Shown here one piece after another: positions 22,097-31,248 of a stretch of DNA of 45,668 nt. The translations under genes were made by a program, and so were the position numbers. How positions within the stretch are numbered: the stretch's first letter is position 1; every line of letters starts with the position of its first letter. The stretch comes from Vitrella brassicaformis CCMP3155 (taxonomy: Eukaryota > Protista > Chromerida): contig CDMY01000595.1 of NCBI GenBank assembly GCA_001179505.1, forward strand, positions 1 through 45,668. The letters run 5' to 3'. A model generated the notes under the pieces. The model made no database searches, was not told where the DNA came from, and saw only the letters and a program-made list of their open reading frames with translations.

Positions 22097-23850
22097 TGTG
22101 TTGTTGGGGATACGTGTAGTGGCTGGCTCGATGGGAGCCATTGAGAAGGGCAGCAGAAGGTTCAGAATGGCGTGAAACCCTATTGGCGACTCCATGAAGG
22201 GGAACAGCACAGCTGCAGCGCGACAGAGACAGATAGCATGCGGCAACTGAAATATGGATGTCTTCCCTCCCCCGCGTCTCTCTCCCTCTCTCTCTGTGTG
22301 CTGTACTGTGCGGCCTACTCAGTGTGGATGGTATAGCGACCGACAGCAGGCTGGTCAGCCACGCGCCCAACTTTGGAATCACTGTCCGGGGGACAGTCCT
22401 GACACACACGCACACAAACACACCAGAGACATGTTCTCTCTCTCTCCCCCTCGGTCTCTCTGCCTCTGTGTGTGGGTTTGCCCCCACATGAAGGCCACGA
22501 ATTGGCAGAACTGCGTCACGAGCATGGTGTAGGAGACCTTCTCGAAACCGTAGCCAAACTTGCGAAGAGCCAAAAGAGGGAAGGTGCCCAGTATGACCTG
22601 GTTGTTGCCTGCACTCACGAAGGCAGCAGCGATAAACACACACACAAGAGACATGCATACACACACACACACACACACACACGTGTGTGCGCACTGTTCT
22701 TTACCGACCGACAGAGACGAATATGGCCACCATGGGCAGAAGGACGTGCAGCACCCACCGCCAGTCCACCACCCCTTTGGCCCTCCCCGCCTCCCCTCTC
22801 CCCTCAGCAGCGGACGTTGTCCCTTCTCCCACGCTGCGCGGCTCTGCAATTTCTCCAGCGGTCACTCTTTCCATCTCTTAGTCCGCCGCCTGATCGTTAT
22901 CGTGTTCGTCGCCCTCGTCAACCGTCTCGAGCGCCACGACCCTCTGCAAGCTGCTGTCGCCACTCGGCTGGGTCTCATACCTGTCAGCACGGTGGTGGTG
23001 GTGATCCGCTGCCGCCGCGGTGTGTGGTGCACACACCGAGTTGGGCCCATCTTTAGTCCGCCTGAACGACGCCAGAGCTTTGCCGAGCGCCCCTGACGGC
23101 CCTGCACCAGCACCATCGCTGTCGCGGCTCTCACAGAAGGCCATCAGGTCGGAGAGGAACCTTGAGGGCTGGTGGTGGTGAACGGCCGGGCGGCGCTCTG
23201 CGCGCCACCTGGCCTGCAACGGGACGAATGCCAGCTCGCCGAGAGAGGCGATGTCCTCCGAGTCGAGAACGGCGTGCATCGTGGACCGGCGGATGTCGCG
23301 GACGTCGGCGGCTTTTGTCGTCCACTCGGCGATCGCACATGAGCCCAGGATCTCCTCACTGAGAGGGGGGGAGGGAGGGAGGAAGGGAGGGAGGGAGGGA
23401 CACACATGGAGTGGGGAGGGAGGGCAAGGAGGCCGGTCCTCTCAATCATCTCTCACTTTTGCATGACGAAGGAGGCCCACGACTGCGGCTTGGTCGTGTG
23501 CCAGTAGGCGAGCAAGACGATCAGTCAGAAGGCGCAGAAAGCCGATATCAGGAAATAGGTCAGCCGATAACCTGCAGCATATCATCGACGCAGCGCAGCG
23601 CACCAGTCAGTCAGGTGCTCTGTGTTGTGTTGTGTGTATGTGTGTGAGACGTCTGTACCTCCCAGCGGCGCGATGAAGACGCCAAAGGCAGGCCCCAACA
23701 CAAAGCCGAAACCTTTGGCCACAACCTGACAGACAGAGACACGGACAGCACACACACAAGGGATTCCATTGATCGCAATTGTCTCCTCTGTCTCTTTCTC
23801 TCTCTCTCATCGTGCACCTTCATTGAGAAAAACTGCGTACAGCACAGACA

Positions 23851-23885
<35 letters not shown>

Positions 23886-24846
23886 CGGTGAGAGGCCGGC
23901 CGGCGTGAAGCCCTCCTTCCAGTGGTGGGTGCTCTGACTGACCTTTGCTCTGAGGTGGGCCGATATCGGGTCGCTTCCCGGCATCAGCTCCAATATCATC
24001 GCCGCCACAACGGGATCCGTCAAGGCAGCCAAGCCCACCAGAACTGCACACCCACACCCACAACCACAACCACAACCACGACCACAACCACACACAAATG
24101 GCTGTGTACTTTACCGGGTCCTGCCTCTCTCTCTGTGTGTGGGAATGAATACCGTTGCCGGCGACGTACGTTGACGTCGTTCTGCAGAATCCCAAGAGGC
24201 CCATGGCGAGGGCCGAGCTGACGATGGACGCCCAGATGAGCGCCGGGGGGTCCACGACGCTCAGAAGCGTCCCTGGTCAACCGACAGCGACATCCACACC
24301 CACACAAACGTCGATCCCGTGCGCTTCTCAATGTGCGCCGTGCTTCTCAATGTGCGCCGTGCTGCCTCACCCACGAGATTGAGAGACACAATCTGACCCG
24401 CCGAGATGCTCGCAACACTGGCACATCAACCCCAGCCCCAGCCCCACACACACACATAAATGCCACCTACACGCTGCAGTGGTGTGGGTGGGTGGGTGGG
24501 TGGCAGTGGCTGGCTGACTCACTGACCAGATGGGGTACCACCTGTCAGGGTTAGTGCCGATTTCCATCAGCACGAACGGCGCCGTGGCCTGCACCACGAA
24601 GGACGGGATCATGTCCAGGGTCAGAGATATGAATCCCGGCATGAGAGCCCGCCAAAACAAACCTGACAGACAGACAAAGACACACACAACACAAACATAA
24701 CAAAGGGTTTCTGTGCGGATGCATCGATTCATCATTGGTTCGCGCCGACCAGTGCTCTGAATTGTGACGTTGCCGGCGCCCCACCAGCTGGGGGGCTTCC
24801 TCCTCTGTCGCCCAGAAGGAGCCGCAGCCGCCTTCGCACTCGCCAT
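21523..24846 (-). pseudogene. 12-TM Major Facilitator Superfamily transporter gene with two in-frame stops (TGA 23525-23527, TAA 22878-22880); pseudogene or recoded gene
   Basis: ATG 24846. Spliced helices: LFWRALMPGFISLTLDMIPSFVVQATAP; ALIWASIVSSALAMGLLGF; KVVAKGFGFVLGPAFGVFIAPLGGYRLTYFLISAFCAF*LIVLLAYW; long loop ..QAAD*EMERV..; WVLHVLLPMVAIFVSVGNNQVILGTFPLLALRKFGY; GVLLAVHLTMSQAGKIVTSFL; LPYYLTGGIMGATMVASFF. Splice phases are consistent throughout and there are no frameshifts. Confidence 0.8.
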
Positions 24847-25070
24847 GGATAGATGGATGATCCTCCCTCCCAAATCCTCCGTGCCGACCAAAGCACAAGG
24901 GACACCCCACGGAGAGGGAGGGAAGGGGCAACCTTGCCAGTGGCGAGACTGGGGGCGAATGATGCGAGCTCAGGGAGCGAAGGACCGCAACTCACCCCTT
25001 CCCGGCTGCTGGAGCACGTCGAGCAGCAACAGCTGTGCTGATCAGCATCACACACATCTGTGGATCTATC
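24847..25070. promoter_or_regulatory. Putative bidirectional promoter between two transporter genes
   Basis: 224 bp between ATG 24846 (-) and ATG 25071 (+). Confidence 0.5.
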
Positions 25071-26306
25071 ATGCTGATGGCGTTCTTCAGCAGCGCCGAG
25101 CGCCTCGCGGGCGTGACGGCGCTGACCCTCGCCGTCTTCGTGTCCATCGTCTCAAACTGCCTCACACAGTGACTTAACCTAAGCGCACGCACACACATGA
25201 AAGAGATCCACACACACAAACACACAGACAAGGAAAGATCTCCCTCTGCCTGTGGATATGTGTGTGTGGGTGTGTGTGAAGGCTGCTGGTGTCGTCCTAC
25301 TCATGCGACTCGATGCTGCTGATGAGCTTCTTCCAGACCTGCCAGCTCATGCTGCTCGCGCCTAAGTACTTCGCCCAGCTGGCCGCCACGCTCCCACTCT
25401 GGAAAGGTGAGACCACACACACACACGCACACACACACACACACACAGGGAGTGCAACACCATGGTGGCCACCTAAATCGTTTGTGCAGGTCGGTGTCGT
25501 GGTGCGAGGTCGTGGACCGAGATGGCTGACGTCAGGAGGGTGGTGCAGGAGAGGCTGGATGTCGAGAGCGATGAGCGGGGAGGGGAGGCGCTAAGCGGCG
25601 AGTAAGTAGGCGGCTGCAGGCCTGACCCTCAGCTGCTGATGCGCTCAACCATCCTTCCATCCATCCATGTGTGTGTGTCTTTGTGGTGTGCAGGTGTGTG
25701 CGTGAGTGGCGGGAGCACCTCAGGATGGCGCTGCCCATGGGGCTGCTCTACTTCTGTGAGCAACTTAAGGAAGGCACTGACACGAGCTGGTTGGCCGCCA
25801 CATCTGGTGGAGTGGATGCGTGTGTGTGTGCAGTGTCCTGCTACTTTGCGTTCGTGTCGCTCTCCTTGACGAGCATCTCCTCTTTCAACATCATCTGGTC
25901 GACGGTCGTCTTTTTCAGCTACATGTACCCCAACACACACACATACACACCTCACCAACACAGACAGAGAAAGACCAGCTCATGTGTGTGTGTGTGTGCC
26001 TCCTTTGTGTGCAGCGGGACCATCTTAGTGTTTCGCGACCCTTTCAGCCCGCCGACTTTCATTTTCCTCCTTGTGTCATTCTCCGGTCGACACACCCACA
26101 CACACACACACACAGTGGAGGATTTCCCTCTCAATGGGCCCTCTGTGTGTTGTGTGTGTGTGAATGTTGTGTTTTGTGTGCAGGCATCTGTGTGACCATC
26201 CTGACGCACCCTGCGTCCCCGGCCCACCACGGGCAGCCTGAGCACAGGATGCACCACCACTTGCTCGGGGGCCTTGCCGCCCTCATGACCACCATCTGCA
26301 GGCAGG

Positions 26307-26338
<32 letters not shown>

Positions 26339-27335
26339 CCTCAGCACACACCCCGTCCCCCCCCCCCGCTCTCTGTGTCTGTGTGTGTGCTCTCGTGCAG
26401 TGCCGCCTACGCCATCTACCTCCGCTACTTCAAAATCACCTCGTCGGAGATCTTTGTCATAGCGGGGTGGATTGGCCTGCTCACCACAGTGGCGTGCCCA
26501 CTGGTGCTGCTGCTCGCCTCTGTGGCGCGGCTGGAGCCGTTTGCGGCGCCGCCGCCGTATGTGTTGCTGCTGCTGCTCGTCAATGGGGCGTGTGCGTGGC
26601 TGCCAGACTTTATGTTGATGTGAGCACGCGAGGGGAGGGAGGGGGGTGTGATTCGTGTGTATGTGTATTGTGTGTGTGGGTCAGGTACTCGATGACGAAG
26701 CTGCCGATGCTTGTGGCGCAGCTGGTGGTCACCTTAGTGGTGCCGCTGGTAGGAACACACGTGGCGCAGACACACACATCCATCCATCGATCGACCTCCC
26801 TCCCTCTCCGTGTGTGTGTGTGTGCTGTCCGCCCACACAGGCCATCCTCACCGACACCCTGGTGCTAAGGCGACACAAGTAAATAAGCTAAGCACACCAC
26901 CACGGCCAAATGTGTGCTGTGCTGACGTCTGTGCTGACACGTCTGTGTGTTAATTAATGTCTGTCTGTCAGCTTCTCTGTGTGGTACCTCATCGGGGCGG
27001 CCATCGCCTTCGCCGGCGTCCTCGGCGCCACCAACGACATCGCCAAGATCGAGAAGAAGATAGGCCAAGAGAGAGACAGGGCCCACAACCAGCAGCACCA
27101 GCAGCGGGGAGGCCTAGGCGACGAGGCCGATCTAGAGTTCGACTACCACGAGCTTGAGGGCGATGATGATGACAAGCCGACAAACCGCCCAGCGCCAGCG
27201 AGGCCGGAGCGGTCGCTGTCGGCGGCGAGTACGCGGCTGCCGTCATTCTACTCGGTGCCGTCGACACCTAGCATGAGCCCCACTGCCAGGGAGAGCGAGC
27301 CGGCCATCGCCACTTTGACGGTTGTGGCGGGGTAG
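25071..27335 (+). CDS. SLC35F-like (DMT/EamA superfamily) transporter; about 10 exons
   Basis: Spliced: MALPMGLLYFLSCYFAFVSLSLTSISSFNIIWSTVVFFSYIGTILVFRDPFS; LLGGLAALMTTICSAAYAIYLRYF; IAGWIGLLTTVACPLV; LVVTLVVPLAILTDTLV; WYLIGAAIAFAGVLG. This matches the SLC35F5/Thi74-type pattern. Stop TAG at 27333-27335. Confidence 0.8.
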
Positions 27336-27413
27336 GGTAGCGGGCGACAGCGTGAAAGGGAGCAGCCCCCTGTCTGTCTGTCTGTTTCTTTCCATTCTTC
27401 TGCCTCTGTGCGT

Positions 27414-27493
27414 GTGTGTGGGAGGGGAGCAGCCGATAGCTATCGGCTACGACCCTCTCACACATAGCTATCGGCTGCTCCCCTCCCACACAC
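27414..27493. repeat. Perfect 30-bp inverted repeat (20-nt loop) with a nested 18-bp palindrome
   Basis: 27414-27443 gtgtgtgggaggggagcagccgatagctat is the exact reverse complement of 27464-27493. 27431-27448 agccgatagctatcggct is self-complementary. Confidence 0.92.
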
Positions 27494-28195
27494 GCATAAG
27501 GGCAGAAGAATGGATGACAGACACGTGGGGGTGTGGGGGCTAGTTGGTGGAGGGGAGGGAGGGGTGTCCAGTCAGTCCATTCGATGATGGAGCTCTTTTT
27601 GTCTCCTCTCTCCAGCCTTTGGGGATCTGCTTATCGATGGTTTTGGGTGGCTTGGCATCTCGGGCTTGTCTTGTCTCTCTGTCCGGTGGGGCTCTCGGTC
27701 CGGTCGACGGGATGGATGCGCTGCCCCTTTTATCGGTGTGTCTGACAGGTGTGTGCACGTGTGTGTCTGTGTGGGTGTGTGTGGGTGTCGTCACGCGCTG
27801 TGCTGTGCGCTCTCTTTTGGGTGCCACGCAATGCAGCGATTGCGTCAGCAAGTGCACGCCTCTGGAGGGGGGGAGACCTGATGGATGGATGGAGGCGGAG
27901 GACCAATACTGTAGCTTTATTCATCCGTGTGTGAGTGTGAGTGTGTGTGTGGTGGCTAGTGTGCGGGTGGCAACGATCAGTCATATGAGCACTTGACCAC
28001 ACAAGTCAGTCACCCTGATTCATCAGTTCTTACCCCCCTACACACACACACACACACAGACACACACACTTACGCGCGCCACGTCACGCCCTTAAAGTGA
28101 TACGGACGTTCCAAACAAACATTGTCGTCTCGTCTGTAGGCATCTGCCCATCCACAACTCTTTGACCATCCATCCATTCACACCAACCTTACTCA

Positions 28196-29683
28196 TCAAC
28201 CACTTTCTTTGCCGTCAGGCCATGCAGCCGCCACGCCGGCCGTGACTGCCTCTACATAGCCAGAAGAAGATGGCTTCTGCCTCGTCACCTCGGCAACACA
28301 CGCCCGGACGCTCTCTCTCTGGTGAAACGCCCTGCCCACACTCGCCATGACGTAGCCCAGCCCCTCCGCAGAGCAGCCATCATGGTGGGTGTGGGTGTGG
28401 GTGTGGGTGTGGGCGTGGGAGAGCAGCATCTCGCCGAGGAGTCTCATGACCGACACGAAGGCCTCCGGGGAGTCGGCTGCCATGATCAGGGAGGAGAGGA
28501 ACCGCGCCAGCCGGTCCCAAGTGCACAGCTTCTTCTCTTTGTCCTTCTCCATATCCTTCTCCACATCGGTCTCGGCCTCTGACCCTGCCCCTTGCTGCTG
28601 CTGCTGCTGCTGCTGCTGAAGGCACTCGACGACCACATCCCGCAGCAGGGCCGCCTCTTCATTGCCATCACTGTCATCTTGGTGTGTTGCGGTGAAGGCC
28701 AGCATCGCCTGGAAGGTCTCCCCTGCTGTGATGAGCCGAGCAACAGAGCTTGTGGCGGTGGGTGGCGGGGCTGCCAGTGGGCTGGGGGCGGTGCCGACAG
28801 ATTCAGATCGGTCGACGATTCTTCGCCGCTTGCTGATGGGTGGCGGTGTTGGTGCTGCTGGTGGTGTTGTTGCCAGCCGCTGCCGCAGCGACGCCTTAAG
28901 ATGCTCCTCCACCCTCAGCTGGTGCTGCAGCCGGCTGATCTGCGCCTGCTGGTCCTCGACCACCATCTCCAGGGACTCCACCCGCTCCTCATGCCGTTCA
29001 CACGCCTCCCGCCAGCTGCGGGTCTCGTCGCGGTGCTCCACCAGCCGCCCCATTGCCTCCCGCACCTTGATCATCGCTCGTTGCTCCTTGGCCTGCACGG
29101 CCGCCATCTCCTGGCGCAGCCGATTGTTCTCGCTGGAGAGGCACTCCTTGTCGAATTCGAGGCGCTTCCGCGTCTTGGCGGCCTCCGACTGGCTGTCGCT
29201 CCGCAGCTGCAGGATCTCCCGCCGGAGTCGGTCGTTCTCGGCCTTCAGTGTCTTGTCGGTCACTGCACGGCAAGGGGTGTTGTTGTCCGACCCGCACCCG
29301 AGCTGCTCCTCGAGCTGCTGCAGCTTCCGCCGGTCGGTCTCCCAGTATGCCCGCAGCTTGTTCAGCGCCTCCCGCAGCCGCCTGGCCTCCTGGTGACCGT
29401 GGCTGCCTCGGTGGGACGACGACAGCTCGGCGGAGGTGTGTGAGGCGTAGCTGGTGAGCATGGAGGCTGTCTCGTCGGAGCTGTCCTCTGCTGCTGTCGT
29501 GGAGCATGCCGCCATGCTGTGTGTGGGGGTGGCTGGCGTGGTATGGGGAGGGAGGGGGAGGGGGAGGGGGAGGGAGGGCAGATCACCGCAAGTGGACATG
29601 GCGCTGAGGGAAGGAGAGGGCTTCTGCTTCGTGACGCTGGGATCATGCTGATGCTGCCTCATCGGTGACTCCGATGGCAGCAT
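28196..29683 (-). CDS. Intronless 495-aa coiled-coil protein of unknown function
   Basis: Single open frame, first ATG at 29683 (MLPSESPMRQ). Long heptad region: LKAENDRLRREILQLRSD...LSSENNRLRQEMAAVQAKE...VESLEMVVEDQQAQISRLQHQL. No family recognised. Confidence 0.8.
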   Translation of the reverse strand: MLPSESPMRQHQHDPSVTKQKPSPSLSAMSTCGDLPSLPLPLPLPPHTTPATPTHSMAACSTTAAEDSSDETASMLTSYASHTSAELSSSHRGSHGHQEARRLREALNKLRAYWETDRRKLQQLEEQLGCGSDNNTPCRAVTDKTLKAENDRLRREILQLRSDSQSEAAKTRKRLEFDKECLSSENNRLRQEMAAVQAKEQRAMIKVREAMGRLVEHRDETRSWREACERHEERVESLEMVVEDQQAQISRLQHQLRVEEHLKASLRQRLATTPPAAPTPPPISKRRRIVDRSESVGTAPSPLAAPPPTATSSVARLITAGETFQAMLAFTATHQDDSDGNEEAALLRDVVVECLQQQQQQQQQGAGSEAETDVEKDMEKDKEKKLCTWDRLARFLSSLIMAADSPEAFVSVMRLLGEMLLSHAHTHTHTHTHHDGCSAEGLGYVMASVGRAFHQRESVRACVAEVTRQKPSSSGYVEAVTAGVAAAWPDGKESG

Positions 29684-29889
29684 CGGTCTCTCGCCTTTGT
29701 TTGTTCGCCACTCTGTCGCTGCCGCGAGCGAGCTGTTACCCTGAAACCCTCCAAATTTGACCCGACAAACCCTGCGCTGGTCACCTGACACCTGACCCCA
29801 CGCTCAGCTCGAGCTATCAGGCCTTGCGGCCAGCCAGCCAGCCAGTCTGCCTGACTGAGTGAGCGATTCAGGGAGGGGAGTCGGTGAGG
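29684..29889. promoter_or_regulatory. Putative bidirectional promoter
   Basis: 206 bp between ATG 29683 (-) and ATG 29890 (+). Confidence 0.5.
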
Positions 29890-31214
29890 ATGATGGTAGG
29901 CGAGAGCCTCAGGCTCTCGACCACCACTAGGGTAGAGGACACCTGCAAGGCCTTCTACAGCAGACTCTCGGGCAAAACCTGGTCAGTCCTGACACACAGC
30001 CACACGCACACAATCTCCTCGCACACACACACACACACGAATGCAGTAATTCTCTCTCTCTCTCTGTGTCTGTGCAGGAAGGTCGAGACGGCGGTGTCAT
30101 TGCTGTCACCGAGCGAGGTGGGCGTGGGCGTGCTGGGCCGTGTGCTGGCCGACTGGACCACCCTCGAGATGCTCGTGCAGTTCAGGTGCCTCATGGCCTT
30201 CCTCTTTCTCAACAACAGCCTGGTCGGTCAGCTTAGCGAGTCGGTCGCATTATTGGTTGGTCTCAGAGGGCTTATGTATGTGTGTGTGGTGGGTGCCTAC
30301 AGCGTCACGCGCTGAGCAACCAGCTGGATCAGATTGTCAAGAAGGCGCAGGAGAACCCCATACCGTGGTTTGAGTGCCTCACCAGGCTGCTGGTATGCTT
30401 CGCTTCCAAGGCCGGGACCCCTTCCCCCCTCTTTCTTTCTCTGTGTGTGTGTGCCCTGGCTGTGGAGGAATGGATGGATGGATGTGTGTTTGTGTTGGGT
30501 GTTGGGTCTTCGATTCATCAGGTCGAGTACCCCAAGACGGGCCGGCTCGACGTGAACGGGCTGGACAGCGAGAGCATCTACAGTCTGGCCAAGGAGATCG
30601 AAAACCACCAGAGCCAACGACACGCAGAAGGTGCGGTCGGTGCGTGTGGCTTGCGCTGCGCTGCGGGCCGCCTCCGAAAGGCATCCAATGTGTCTGTCCG
30701 GGACAAACACTCCTCTGTGTGTGTGTGTGTGTGTGTGCAGGCGTGTGGCCACTGGACCCACCACATTTCCCGCCCCACCTGGTGCACCTATTCCGCTCCA
30801 CAGACGTCATCAAAAAGCCCGGCCAAGCCATCAGGCATGCTGACACACGCGCGCGCGCACTCGCACACACGTACACTCCATCTCTCTGTGTGTGTGTGGT
30901 GCGCATGAGATACAGGCGTGAGAAGGTGCATTGGAGTCAGTTGGCGGATTCCGTCGCTTCAGGCCCTCTCCCCTTCCACCGCCCTCGGGACCTGCTGTCA
31001 ATGGCGAACCGCAAAGCCAAGGAGCAGATCATCCGAGTGAGCAATCAACCACACACACACACAGGCAGGCAGGGAGGGAGGGGTGCACACCCGCCACACA
31101 CATACAGCGATAGCAAGCAGTGTTCTTTCTTTCCTTCTAGGAGACCCAATCCCCCGTCCAGCCCTCCACTCCCTACCCCTTCATGCCGCCCCCACCCCCG
31201 TCCATGCGCAAGGG

Positions 31215-31248
<34 letters not shown>

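Noticed and set aside
24323-24360. Exact 19-bp tandem duplication gcttctcaatgtgcgccgt x2
   Set aside because: It is intronic with only two units, consistent with neutral slippage; not CRISPR-like.
25165-25180. Apparent in-frame TGA in the SLC35F-like gene (..CLTQ*LN), suggesting genome-wide stop reassignment
   Set aside because: A GTGACT donor inside that codon pair gives the phase-2 junction the next exon needs, so the TGA is intronic.
28592-29443. Long + strand ORFs (283 aa and 244 aa) overlapping the intronless gene
   Set aside because: Antisense shadows expected from GC-rich codon usage; composition is unprotein-like.
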